Of a DNA stretch of 64,000 bases, positions 1 to 13,045 are shown piece by piece. The position numbers were made by a program, and so were the translations under genes. The DNA is from Octopus sinensis. Taxonomy: Eukaryota. The stretch lies in assembly GCF_006345805.1 (NCBI RefSeq), contig NC_043000.1:139314001-139378000 (forward strand), written 5' to 3'. Below the pieces are notes generated by a model. That model searched no databases, had not been told where the DNA came from, and saw only the letters and a program-made list of their open reading frames with translations. Each line of letters starts with the position of its first letter. Position 1 is the first letter of the stretch.

Positions 1-246
1 GGGTCAAAATAATTGTTCTACTGAATAAGGATTTGTGCTAAATCCATCTTCAATTTCCGTCATCAATTATTGATGTATACACATAACAGTACCAATACAT
101 TCTTGTAGTGGTTGGCTTTAGGAAGGGCATCCAACCATAGAAACCATACCAAATCATAGTGGAGTCTGGTGCAGCCCCTCAATTTACCAGTTTTGGTCAA
201 ACCATCCAACGCATGCCAACATGGACAACAGACGCTAAATGATGAT

Positions 247-248
<2 letters not shown>

Positions 249-294
<46 letters not shown>

Positions 295-327
295 TACATA
301 TATATATATACATATATACGTATATAT

Positions 328-379
<52 letters not shown>

Positions 380-532
380 ATATTATATATACATATATAC
401 GTATATATACATATATATACATATATACGTATATATAATATATATATATATACATATATATACATATATATATATATACATATATATACATATACATATA
501 TATACACACACACATATATATATGTATATATA
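249..532. repeat. (TA)n-rich microsatellite
   Basis: Seen directly. Confidence 0.97.
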
Positions 533-840
533 TGCTGTGTCTGGGGAGAGTCATTCTCTTTTAGTGCCTTATAATTTACCACACTCACCGGTAAAATTTC
601 CACTTATTTCTATTTTATCTTTCATTGAATATGGCAATCTTTTCAATACTATTGAAAAGGTTGCAAGACGCAACGAAAATTTTTTTTTTAAATAAAGAAA
701 GAAATAAGTATAAATTTTACCGGTGAGTGTGTTAAATTATAAGGCACTAAAAGAAAATGTCTCTTCCCAGACACAACAGAATATGCTTCGACACATGAAC
801 CCACATAAAGAATCTTGCAAACCAAATCCAAAGACGAAAT
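533..840. repeat. Palindromic element in (TA)n, family P1
   Basis: Arms about 533-610 and 700-778, plus about 60-bp one-sided extension; paralog at 20195-20510. Confidence 0.85.
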
Positions 841-3213
841 ATATATATATATATATAACCCACAATAATAATAGGCTTATACAAACCATCCCAAGGCAAG
901 TTAAAGATATCATACAGTAACTCATGAAACTTTTCTCCATGAAAATACTGTATATAGAATACAAATTTTTATATACATAGTTGGCTAAAATCTGTGGATA
1001 TTCTCAGAATAGGGAATATGTATTTGACACAGTAGTTTATTTCCAGCGATTATTTTCCATGAGAAATTTTGTGAAATTTCTAACTGGAATTTATTTTCAG
1101 ATAAAATATAATTTACATATTTTAAATAATAATTTCCATTAAGAGCATACACACTTGTTTCCTGCTTCCTGATTTTTAAAATGGGCAATTTTGAAAGGGT
1201 GAAATCTGAATATAAACGTGCTTCATACATTGTTTACCAAAATAATAAAGACATTATGAATTTAAAAACTGCTCCACAAGTGATTTCTTAACCATTGTCA
1301 AACTGGTACCAAGTATATTTCTCTCCCTAATATATTGACATTCATATTGAAATGGCTTTTACATTGATTCTTCTTTCTACATTTCAAGAGGAAGCAAAAG
1401 ATTTGTTTGTATGTGTGATCATGTGTGTGTGTGTATAAGTGACATAAAAATGATATTCCATACTATGAAATATTGTTTGTTATATAATACTTCTTGTGTA
1501 AACATATCTGTTTCAATACAGGTATTGGCAATTGTACATGCATCAGTAATATGTACTTATATGAAGACTAATATTGAAAACTATTATATAGATTACTCTC
1601 TTATACGTTGAAGGATCAGGCTCCAGTCAAATGCTATGGATTACTTAAAGTCAGTGTCAGTTGGTAACCTTTCTATTGAAAGTAAGCATTTGTATAAAAG
1701 AAAATGTTTGCATCAATATTTTGCATATTAGTTTTTCTAGACTATCCTTAAGAGAAATAATGCCCCCAAATTTCTACACACCCATTAACACCCATACCTG
1801 CATGCACATATGTATGTACATATGTACATAAATATCAAGTGTATATATGTATGTATAAATATGTATATGTCTAAATATATATATATATATATATACATCA
1901 TATATAGGTGTGTATATACATGTATGTCATCATCAACATCATCATCATTTAATGTCTGTTTTCCATGCTAGCATGTGTTGAATGGTGTGAAAGGTGCTGG
2001 CCAGGTGAAGAGCTGCCCAGGCTCCAAGCCCATTCTGGATGCCCCTCCTAATACAAACCACTTTACAGAATGTGCTGGATGACTCTATGCAGCATCACAC
2101 ACACACACACACACACATACACAAACACACACACACTCACACACAAATATATATCATCATTTAACGTCCATTTGTCCATGCTGCCATGGGTTTGACAGTT
2201 TGACTTAGGCTGGCAAGCTGGAAGGTTGCACCAGACTCCAGTCTGATTTGGCATGGTTTCTACAGCTGGATGCCCTTCCTAATGCTTTTTTCTCTCCTTC
2301 CTTTTTCTCTCCTTTTTTCTCTCATTTTTTCTCTCCTTGTTTCTCTTCTTGTTTTTTCTGTGTCCCTTTCTGTAGAAGAGCGTAGGCTCGAAACGTAAAA
2401 GACTTTTTCTATTCCTGAGCATTATACTAATACACCTGTTTGCTTTGTACACCACCTGTTTTCATGTTATTTTTTTTGTAAACTCTCCCTATATATATAT
2501 ATATATCTTGTGGCTGGTGGCACTAGAACGGGCATCAAACTAGAAAACATACCAAAGCAGACACTGGAGTATGATGCAGTCCTTGGTTCATCGAATTCTT
2601 GTCAAACCATCCATCTGATGCCAACAGGAACATGGAGTTTAAATGATGATATATATACATATGTGATTAAGCATTTAAAAAAAAAATTATGACTGTTTTG
2701 TTCTTAGTTTAAAATTTAGTTTGGGTTATTAGAGGTAGTTTTGTTTTACATGTATTCAGTTTGTCTGCAGATAAGCTTATAGTTATTAACACCCCGTACA
2801 GTAGACAAATTATATATGTCTGTCATAATACACCTGATAAAACTTAGTCTTTTTAAAATGCTATCATATTTTAAAACATTTAAATAACGTTTGCAAATGA
2901 TACTTTATAAATTTTTCAAGATATCTTAAGCTACCACAAATATGCATGACAGTATTCAAATTTTCTAAATGCTCAGATAAATAGTCATTGTAATTTGAAA
3001 TATCATAATATCCTTTCTATTCTATTATAGGTACTGAAATTTTGGGTGTGGGGCTAGTTGATTAAAATGACATCTATTAGCAATTTATTTTACTAATTCC
3101 AAAAGGACGAAAGGCAAATTAACCCTCAGTGGTCTTTGTGCTCAGAACATAAAGCGATGCATGAAATATCACAAAACATTTTGTCTTACACAGTAATGGT
3201 GCTGCCAGCTCTC

Positions 3214-3512
3214 CAGCTTTCTCAAGAACCTTTGGATGGATTTGGATGAAACTTTCAGGTATGTTTGGCCTCATGACTGGTACAAACAGATTAGATTTTG
3301 TGATCGATCTAGTGCCGGACAAGGATTCTGGATTATTTTTCTTGATTTTTTACTTAACTTTTAAGAGCGGTCAGGTTCATTTTTAGTATTCTTGTTTGCG
3401 AGAGCCATCGAGTTAAATTCAGATGTTCTCATTTTAAAAATCATCTTTGGTTAATCATTGAGAGGATGTTGGTGTTGCCTTGGCAAAAGTTTGTACTCTC
3501 TGAGTGCTTTTG
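3214..3512 (+). mobile_element. Helentron-associated non-autonomous fragment
   Basis: tggatggatttggatgaaactttcagg...gattagatttt...ttggcaaaagtttgtactctctgagtgc resembles HINE termini; recognition from memory only. Confidence 0.45.
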
Positions 3513-4518
3513 TTTATACATTAAATACTACAATTAGCCATCATTATTGATGGCACATGGTCAGCTAGTTTATGTAAGATTATGCATGTTGCTAGGTGTT
3601 TGATACATAATAAGTTGTCATTTTAGAATCAAAAGAACATATGGTCAGTGTTTCAATTCTCCATAATCAGCACCGGTATTGTTGTCTCTTCTTCTTCTTC
3701 TTCTCCACCTCCTCCCCCTACTCCTCCTCCTCCTTCTTCTTCTTCTTTTTCTTCTTCTTCTTTTTCTTCTTCTTCTTCTTCCAATCAGGACTCACGCCAT
3801 TAGCCAAGAAGAACAATCTCTAATTAAAGCCTACTCTAAGTTACTAAGAAACCACCCACCACTCGCAACAGACTGGTGGCTGCATGGGTGCAAAAGCTAC
3901 GTTGTTATCCTCATTCCATAAACAGTGGCTTTTAATGGGTGGGGAGTTGAACCATCCTGGGGTACAGAGAATTCGCAATCTAGACTAGGGTCTGAAAGTT
4001 TACCTCACCATAGTGGGTTACACCATGGTTCCTCTGCTTTGTGGCAGAAATAGGAAAAAAGAGTGAGAGAAAGTTGTGGTGAAAGAGTACAGCGGGGTTC
4101 ACACCTGCCCCGCTGGAGCCTCATGGACTTAGGTGTTTTTTGCTCAATAAACACTTACAATGCCCGGTCTGGGAATCGAAACCACGTTCTTACGACTGCG
4201 AGCCCGCTGCCCTAATCACTGGGCCATTTGCATCTCCACTCCGGTGTTGTTGCTGTCATCATTGGCATTACCAATCCTCATTATCATTGTCATCAAAGTC
4301 ATTGTTGTCACTGGCAGTATCATCATCTTTGTTGCTGTTATTGTCACTTTTTATGATACTAAAGTTTGATGATGACACTTAGCCTTTTAATTGATAGACC
4401 AGCAGTCGATATTATTTTTTTATGTGTGTTTACATTCGTAAGGTAAGTGACAAGTTACCATAAGTGATTCTACTCATCTGGTTTTTATCCTCATTTGGTT
4501 GATTCATTTCATATATTC

Positions 4519-4990
4519 TAGTTAGTTAGTTAATTTTTTGGCTCAAAAAGCAAAAAGCAAGGCCATTTAGGGGGACATGGAGTTATGTTCATGTAAAGAG
4601 TTCAGGCCACATATGGTCAAGGGAGACTTTGAACCGAGCGGTCGTCGGCATCTTCACCATCTCGTCCGGCAGCTTATTCCACGGATCCGCAACCCGGACG
4701 GAGAAAGCCCCTCTCCTTCGATTGAGATGAAATCGTCACAGATACAGCTTTTTGGAATGACTCCGCAGCCGACGCTCTGGAGCAGGAGTGAAGAACAGCT
4801 CTTTCGAGAGGTTACACTTTCCGCTTATGATGTTGTGAGCAAGAATGAGATCACCACGACGTCGTCGTTTTTCTAGAGAATAAAGGTCGAGCGTCTTCAG
4901 CCTTTCTTCATAAGACAAATTCTTGTGACCAAGAACCATGTGGGTAGCCAGCTTCTGGACTCTTTCGAGATGCTGTATGTCTTTGAGGAG
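4519..4990 (-). mobile_element. CR1-type LINE 3' fragment
   Basis: LLKDIQHLERVQKLAT...LSYEERLKTLDLYSLEKRRRRGDLILAHNII...FSVRVADPWNKLP; one TGA; (TAAC)n tail. Confidence 0.9.
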
Positions 4991-5968
4991 CTTTTATCCC
5001 TTTTTAATGTCATCAATATTCACTATCATGAACTGAACTGGTGTATGTCATTCTGACTTGCTTTTGTGATATTAAATGAAGTCTTAGCCCTCTGTTGTGA
5101 CCCAATGACCTGCTCTAAGAGTTACAAGATATTTTGAATTTAATGCACCTGAATGTATTTACTTTTATGAAGCATAAATGCAAACATATTCGATTCTTTT
5201 TTCATGAACAGCTAACATTTTTAGATGTAGATGACATTTGAAACTTGAATCTCTATGAAATCTAATAGCACTCTCGGGTGCTTTGGATTATCACTTCAGC
5301 GCATCCTTCATTTTAAATGTATTGGAAATAAAGTAATAAATAATATTTGCCGGTGAACAAGCAAATATATGAATAAAATGACAAAGTAGAGGAAGAAACA
5401 AAGAAATGTCTCAGTAAATAAAAAGTGAAGAATTCAAAATACTGGAATTAAATAAATAACTAAATTGCTTGAGAAATATACAAATAAATAATATTTTATG
5501 TGTCTGTAATAGAAAATAAAATATATACAATTGTAAAAATTATACGAATACATACGAATATATTTGAACACACACGCACAATATATATATATCTATCTAT
5601 CTATATATATATCTATATATATATATATATATACTCAAGCACATACATTCATAATGATACATAATAAATATACACAATAATAATCTAGAAACATATTTTT
5701 ATATTTCAATAGAAAATTTTTAAAATCCTAAAGAAAAAAAAAGAAGTAAAATTGAAATTAAAGGCAAAGCTGAATAATAAAATAAATTAAATTGAATAAT
5801 GAATACAACAAAATAAATACTCTCAAAAATGTATATAATTCCATTTCTAATCATAAAACCACATAGTTTTAGAATAATTGAACCAAAATATTCCTCATTT
5901 CATGCTTTAGTTATCCATGAGTCAGCTTTGGAAATTGATTTTGTGTCACTTTCGGTATTTATTCTATC

Positions 5969-6046
5969 TTATCCTCTTAAATCTCTATTGCTGGCAACAA
6001 TAGGCAAACTAGCTGACAAGGCACCATTAATATATTGTGCTGAATG
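5969..6046 (-). CDS. Probable terminal coding exon (HSAQYINGALSASLPIVASNRDLRG*)
   Basis: Acceptor ttttatgttctacag|, phase 0, TAA stop followed within a few nt by AATAAA. Confidence 0.55.
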   Translation of the reverse strand, partial: HSAQYINGALSASLPIVASNRDLRG

Positions 6047-6143
6047 CTGTAGAACATAAAATAAGCTCCTGGAGAGCCACTTTCACAACATCATTCCCAC
6101 TCTCTGTTGCATAGCCTTTTCACATCATTTATGTTGCTAATAC

Positions 6144-6220
6144 CTTTTTTATCAGAAAGGCACGAACAGAAATGTCTAATGTTTTCTTGAGTTTAATATG
6201 AGGAATTGATGTACATATAT
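6144..6220 (-). CDS. Coding exon (ICTSIPHIKLKKTLDISVRAFLIKK)
   Basis: Acceptor gtaattccttaag|, donor AAG|gtatta, phase 1 to 0; a stronger acceptor near 6274 gives stops in all frames. Confidence 0.55.
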
Positions 6221-6559
6221 CTTAAGGAATTACAGTGAACTACCACTGTTAGATTATCACTGATGCAACTAATACTAAAATAAAAGCAACACTGTGAGGG
6301 AGTTTCTGTTTGCGCTTGCTTATTTGATATAAAAACAAGGCCTCACTTAACTCATACCTTACCATCTTATGTAAAAGACATTGTACTACTGTATTCCAGG
6401 CACCTTCTGTATCAAAAATACAAATAAGATGGTCATGGTTAAAACGTCTTTCATCATGTATATTCTTAGCATGGTTTAATCTGAGGCTGAGATGTATCTA
6501 ACTATCAAGAAGACAAACTCTTAATCATCAAATTCTTTCTGGAAATCAAATTATACTGA

Positions 6560-8025
6560 AGACCAGTATTTCTTGTCATCTCTGCCTCATCGAACTCAGC
6601 CTCCCCCTCAACTGCTTTTGCACTTTTGGGGACTTCTACTTGAATATTAAAGTAGTGATCAGGAGTATCAGAATGGGTTCCAGCAATGCCAAACTGCTTT
6701 TTGATTAATTTGCAACACAGAACTTTGTTACCAGTCTCTCCGCTATGATATATACTTATTACATTGTTGATGGTACTAGCATCATTCTTTTGCCTGCAAA
6801 CAGCTCATCTCCTTCATTATATCTACTAAAACTTTAAATCCTACCTTAGAATGCACTTCTAGAATCTCCATTCCTTTTCAACTTTCTTAGATATCTCCTT
6901 TTCTGTTGATCACCACAACCTCCTACTTTTAACTTTTACAATCCTACCCACCCAAACGTCCAACCTAGCATAATCTCATACCATCCACCTTTAATGCTCC
7001 TTGTAGCAAAGTCTGTGATTTCAAGGATGTCCCAGTTAATGGATTAATATTTCTGCTCATTGTTGCACTTCCACTCAAGACTGCATGTCTGCTATCTTAC
7101 TTTAGTATCTGGCTCAGTTCTAACTCTGCCTTCCTTTCCCCACAACCTGCTGAACTGCTACACAACCTCATTACCAATCTATGAATCTTCGGTTTCTTCC
7201 AAGCTTGTTTGCTACTATTCGGCTCTTTCTTGATCATCATCTCCTCTCATCAGATTCTGACATTCTGCTCTGTATTTCCTTCACCTCTTGCCACATCCAA
7301 CTGCAATTATTTGACTGATCCACGTCCACTGCAACAACTGTCCCTCTGTCTAGAACAGTGGGTTTCAACCACGGCCCATACAGCTCCTGAGGATCCATAT
7401 AAGATTAGAGAAGGGGTGTCCACAATTGTATTTTAAGGGCCCCTAAAAGTTTTTGCTTCAGATGTATGTATTGGTATGGTCAGTTTCTTTCTTTTATGTT
7501 TTACATAGTCCAACCTACACAAGTTAATGTGGGAAAAAAACTGGAATTTTGGAAGAAGTTTCTATAAAACTAGTCTTTAAACTGAACTGCTATGGCAGTT
7601 CACCAGAATAAAATGGTAACCAAAGGGGTCCATAGATAAAAAGAAATGGTTGAAAACTCCCGGTCTAGAACATCATCCTATGTGTGCTTCCATATCATGG
7701 ACTGCTGAACTTATTTTCTTCTAAAATATCATTGTCTAACATGTTACCAAATACCAAATCTAGGATTTAATGTAAATAGGGATATTTTTGCATATTCAAA
7801 ACAACTGAACTCGGTTACCGAACTTTGTCACCTGTAACTTGAAATTTCTAAACACGTTCACCACATCCATCATGCTGTTTGTAGATCTGTACAACACAAT
7901 GATGCTTTCATTTTCTGGGTTTGTAAGAAACACTGGTTATCTCCCTGCTTTCAACACATTTGTCCCATCTGGTGTCAATGACTTTCCTTTAAGCCTACCT
8001 TCATATGCTGAAACTCTGATAAACA
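6560..8025 (+). mobile_element. Possible highly decayed L2/CR1-like LINE interrupted by the hAT MITE
   Basis: GDF-like (ggggacttc) and DHH-like remnants; 3' FNTFVPSGVNDFP resembles the SFIPRTSRLWNSLP motif. Confidence 0.3.
7356..7662. mobile_element. hAT (Charlie-like) MITE, 307 bp
   Basis: Perfect 8-bp TSD GTCTAGAA (7348-7355 and 7663-7670); imperfect TIRs cagtgggtttcaacc and ggttgaaaactcccg. Confidence 0.85.
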
Positions 8026-8029
8026 ATTA

Positions 8030-8240
8030 TATGAAGGGGTGCTGAAAAGTTCCTGGTTTTGGGTAAAATAAAATACAGGAGGATCAGTTAATTATGATTT
8101 TATTCAACATATTCCCCCCTCAGATTCACACACTTATTGCAGCAGTCCTTCAACTTTTCCAAGCCTTGTAAAAAAAACTCAGAAGTTTGGGCCTCCAACC
8201 AGGCCTTTTGTAATACCCTTAAAACCAGTAACTTTTCAAC
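8030..8240 (+). mobile_element. Mariner-like terminal fragment
   Basis: tatgaaggggtgctgaaaagttcctgg resembles mariner TIRs; no second end found. Confidence 0.45.
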
Positions 8241-8784
8241 ACCCCCTCATACATGTACTTCACAATATTTCTTCTTTGCTCATATATTCAGACACACTTC
8301 ATCATTTTTTCAGCTCATACACACACTTCTTGATGTTCTTCTCATAATGCCTCTAGTGTATCATGTGTCATTTACACTATCAACCCAGTTATTCCCACTA
8401 TTACTCAAACACATGACTCCAAACTTATCTCTTAGACATTCACTTTCATAAACATACATGTGTTCAAACACATATGTGAACATACAAGTGTTTTCCCACA
8501 TTGTTCTAATATTTAATTCCATCGTCTATTGAAAACCTCAAACTCTATTCACTTCCTTCTGCCATTCCTGTACACATCACTTCTAAATCCCATATCCCCC
8601 CCCCCCCGGTTACTCTATTTTCTTTAATTTTTCCTTTCTTTTAGACTGGCAAGAAACCACTGTCTCAAATTACAATATCACATTTTTCCTTTCACTTTGT
8701 AATTACATTGATTTTGTATTCATGTTTATAAATTTTTTTTGTATGTTTCCCTACTTTTGCTAATGTGTGTATGTGCATGCATGT

Positions 8785-8841
<57 letters not shown>

Positions 8842-9078
8842 GTTTAGCGTCCGTTTTCCATGCTAGCATGGGTTGGACGGTTCTACTGGGGTCTGTGAAG
8901 CCAGAAGGCTTCATCAGGCCCAGTCAAATCTGGCAGTGTTTCTACGGCTGGATGCCCTTCCTAACGCCAACCACTCCGTGACCAACATTATGGTTGTGGT
9001 TGTTTTCATGCTGATGATGATGATCATCATCATAATTGTCATCATAAAAATCACCATCACCATCATCACCATCATCAC

Positions 9079-9120
<42 letters not shown>

Positions 9121-9575
9121 AATTGGTTTAATGTCTATTTTTCCATGTTTGCATGAGTGAGACAAAACTTATCGAAGCAAATTTTGTATGGCCAGATGCA
9201 TTTCCACAAATGATTACAAACAAATGACCCCATTTTCATATGAAAAGTGACCTTAATTACAATCTGCACATGATGTCAAGGAAAGAAATGCAAACACACA
9301 CACAAACACACACTCACACATGCACACACAGACACACTACTCACATACTAATCTCATCATCATTGAACTTCCTCTTGTCAATACTTGCATAAGGTAGAGA
9401 GATTTTTTTGAAGCAGATTTTCTTCAGCCTGTTGTTCTTTCTGTTGTTGGGTTTCTTTTTATTATCATTTACCAAATCTACTCAGGTTGAGCTGCATTGT
9501 AGAAAATACTTGCTTAAAGTGCTGTGGTGTGTAACTGAACCATTGCATGGGACCATTTCAGTGGTTCTATATGTA

Positions 9576-9959
9576 TACTAGCAATATTGCCCGGCGTTGT
9601 TTGGGTTTGTTTCGACCCTTTAGAATTGGAATTTTGGAAAAGTAAAAGTTTTTGCATTATATAGCTTGTTATTCTCTTTAAGTGAACATTTTTCTGGTTG
9701 AAATACACCGAAATACAGTAAAAAATCGTAAAAAATATGGATTTTCATAGAAAAAAAGCACCTTTTTGATGTAAATAATTTTTAGTTTTAACATGATTCG
9801 ATTTGAATTTTTTCTTCTACGGAAGGAAGAGCAAGCCTTCTTCTATGATGCTTTCAATTTTGGTCAACTTGCGCCACAGGGTCTCGGAGGAGATAGTGTT
9901 AGTTGAAGGCTACCAAACCTGCCATACACACACAACTTCAGCTTTATATATATAGAGAT
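9576..9959 (+). mobile_element. Non-autonomous Helitron-like element (Lep1/DINE-1 style)
   Basis: Starts tactagcaatattgcccggcgttg, ends acacacaacttcagctttatatatatagagat; no TSD seen. Confidence 0.65.
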
Positions 9960-10177
9960 ATGTATTTGTTTGTGTGTTTGTGCATGTTTATCTGTGTATA
10001 TGTGCTTACTTCAGAATGTGCTTACCTCAGTATGTGTGTGTGTGTGTGGAGGCATGATATTTCTGTTAATTGGGGTTATTGAAATTTTTGAATTGCTAAT
10101 AAAATTTTGATAAATTAACAAGCCAACTATAATTCTTGTAAAACAAATTGTTAAATAACTGACTTTTTTTTATTTAC

Positions 10178-10261
10178 CATCCAACAGCAGGTCACCTTCT
10201 AGTGTATTTATAAATTCAATCCTGTGATAATCACATGGTTTATGACAGTGCAGGTAATAAC
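10178..10261 (-). CDS. Coding exon (YYLHCHKPCDYHRIEFINTLEGDLLLD)
   Basis: Strong acceptor tttttgtttttgcaacactttag|, donor GATG|gtaaat, 84 nt, phase 1 to 1. Confidence 0.7.
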
Positions 10262-10414
10262 CTAAAGTGTTGCAAAAACAAAAACAATGAAACACAAGAA
10301 ATTATGCAATTTATAAAATTAAAAATAAACAGAAGAAAACCATGGCTATTCTTTTTAAGTTCCAAATGAAGGTAGACTTATGGTTAAGCCACTGTCTATT
10401 AAATCTACCTTCTC

Positions 10415-10975
10415 TCATCATCATCATCATCATCGTTTAACGTCCGTTCTCCATGCTAGCATGGGTTGGACTGTTCGACCGGGGATCTGGGAAGCCAGAA
10501 GGCTGCACCAGGCTCCGGTCTTATCTGGCAATGTTTCTACAGCTGGATGCCCTTCCTAACGCCAACCACTCCGTGAGTGTAGTGGGTGCTTTTTACGTGC
10601 CACCCGCACAGGTGCCAGGCGACGCTGGCAACAGCCACAGTCGGATTGGTGCAATTTACGTGCCACCGGCATGGAAGCCAGTCGAGGCGGCGCTGGCATC
10701 GGCCACGATTCGGATAGTGCTTTTTACGTACCACCAGTCCAGGGGTCCTGGCATCCGCCGGGTGCCAGTCATAGGATTGGTTCAATTTCGATTTCGATTT
10801 CACTTGCCCCAACATGTCTTCGCAAGCAAAGGGGGTTGGCATGGGTGCCTGCGTCGGATGAGGTTTGATATCGACTTCGCTTGCCCCAACAGGTCTTTGT
10901 GTCCAAGGGAGGAAAGGCATGCATAAGTGGGCTGGGCTCACTTGTCCTGCCTGGTCTTCTCACATATTTATGACT
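10415..10975 (-). mobile_element. Long copy of the RTE 3'-end repeat family
   Basis: (GAT)n tail, tggatgcccttcctaacgccaaccac core, internal ggcacgtaaaaagcac subrepeats. Other copies near 100-250, 1940-2285, 2540-2650, 8800-8980, 13275-13570, 29335-29500, 38170-38310, 44715-44900, 46010-46290, 53325-53570. Confidence 0.85.
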
Positions 10976-11629
10976 TATAAATTCCATGCAAAATAAACAA
11001 CTGCTATATCAAACATGCATTGGTGTGTGTATGATTTCTTCTAAGCTTTTCATTAGCTTTTAGGCAGCACATTTTAGACTCAACAGTTGCAGAATTTGAC
11101 TATTTATCTTTTGAGCTGATCGTTTTACCTGTTTGCAATTATATTTGAGATACCATTCTCATTACTTGGAGTTTTCTACTTATAAAGTTATGAGCATTGC
11201 TTGTGCATTAGCAAGTTTCTCAAAGAGAATGACTTCTTAATGAATATATTTATGAAGGCTTATCAGAAAATGATATCTTCTTTATTACTGATATATTCCA
11301 AGTTACACTTGATTTTGCATTTATTTTTTCTATACATCTGACTAAAATTTACTAAAATAGATTTTCCATGCCTTCTACACTACTGTTCAATCTTGATCAT
11401 TTTTAAAATCACTTTCATTTATTGTCATATAATAACTGGCAGTTTTTATAAAATTGGGCTTAAAGAAGGTGTAGCAGGTATTATTTTAATATTGATGACA
11501 AAAACTGTGTTGTATTATATTGGGCAAATATTTTAAGTTTTTGTTCATATTACAGTTAACAATAATTCTTCTAATGCCAAAGTGTGACGTTAAATCAAGA
11601 AATCTAAGTGTATCAAGTATTATATATAT

Positions 11630-12110
11630 CATCATCATCATCATTTAATGTCCATTGTCCATGCTGGCATGAGTTGGATGGTTTGACAAGGGCTGCAAGT
11701 TGAGGGGCTTACATCAGACTCCAGTCTAATTTGGCATGGTTTCTATGGCTGGATGCCCTTCCTAACACCAACCACTCTGAGAGTGTAATGGTTGCTTTTA
11801 TGTGCCACCAGCTTGATTGCCAGTTATGTGACACCAGTATCTGCCATGACTACAAATTCATTTGGCTCAATGAGTCTTCTTCTAAAGGATGACATAATGC
11901 TGAAGGTCTTGGTCATTTGTCATTGCCTCTGTGAGGCCCAACACTAGAAAGGTGCTTTTTACATATAATCAGCATTAGCCACATTCCTTCCTTGAGGCCC
12001 AATGCTCAAAAGGTGCTTTTTATATCTCAGTTGGGTGACACCAGCATTGGACATAACTACGATTTCACTTGGCTTGACGGGTTTTCACAAGCACGGCATA
12101 TCAACAACAA
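11630..12110 (-). mobile_element. RTE 3'-end copy including the last RT codons
   Basis: Matches 36350-36670 in reverse. Confidence 0.8.
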
Positions 12111-12114
12111 TTTC

Positions 12115-12145
<31 letters not shown>

Positions 12146-12624
12146 TGTATGTATGTGTAGTGGGGATGAAAAACTGAATTGTTAGTTTATACAGCCAGAC
12201 ACCATGGCCAAACCACAGTTGTTTCACATGATCGGTCTAGTAAGCAACCAATCTGCATCAAGCTGCAGCATGACTTAATCTTCTAGAATCTGCTTGTTCT
12301 CCATAAATTGGCACCTATGACATTTGCAGAATGTTGAGGCAGCAAAGCAAGATGTGTCTCCTTTCTTGCCATCCAACAGTTCCTGACATTTGTGTAGACA
12401 TCTTCATGTTTTAGGTGAGACTGAACTAAACATTCACATGATGTCTCATAAGTACCTTCTTTGAATGTGGTGCCATTTTTACTTTTCTCTCAATTTGTAA
12501 CTATTGCTGTTGTTAACCGTAAATAGCCAACATAGTTTGTCTTTATACGCAACAAAATATTCGTCTGTTAAAAAGTTCCCTGGCATTGTTCAGTTACTTC
12601 TTCCTGTGGCCAAGAAACATATAA

Positions 12625-13045
12625 AGGTGATGAGCCAGCAGAAACGTTAGCACACTGGGCGAAATGTTTAGCAGTATTTTGTCTGTTGCTATGTTCTGAG
12701 TTTAAAAACCGCTGAGGTCGACTTTGCTTTCATCCTTTTGGGGTCAATTAAATAAGTACCAGTTACACACTGGAGTCGATGTAATCGAATTAATCCATTT
12801 GTCTGTCCTTGTTTGTCCCCTCTGTGTTTAACCCCTTGTGGGTTGTAAAGAAATAGGTATTTCATCTGCCGTTACGTTCTGAGTTCAAATTCTGCCGAGG
12901 TCAACTTTGCCTTTCAACCTTTTGAGGTCAGTAAATTAAATATCAGTTACGCACTGGGTTGATATAATCGACTTAATCCCTTTGTCTGTCCTTGTTTGTC
13001 CCCTCTATTTTTAGCCCCTTGTGAGCAATAAAGAAATAAGAAACA
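12625..13045 (+). mobile_element. SINE family C with tandemly duplicated 3' half
   Basis: gagccagcagaaacgttagcac...ataagtaccagttac...cccttgtg. Related copies near 3030-3215(-), 34775-34905(+), 44515-44700(-), 58320-58545(-). Confidence 0.8.

Noticed and set aside
63-603. Long IY/YI, HT, CV, poly-I, poly-H and poly-M ORFs throughout the track (e.g. 45040-45867, 38958-39578, 42440-43099)
   Set aside because: Translations of di-, tri- and tetranucleotide microsatellites that lack stops by construction
5040-5960. SECIS element downstream of the predicted stop
   Set aside because: AUGA motifs are present, but none has the required stem, apical AA and opposing GA quartet
11140-11337. Minus-strand exon-like segment with good splice sites
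   Set aside because: Stops in all three frames; not needed for the phase chain. A decayed exon cannot be excluded
12190-12600. Possible mariner transposase remnant
   Set aside because: No diagnostic motif could be read convincingly
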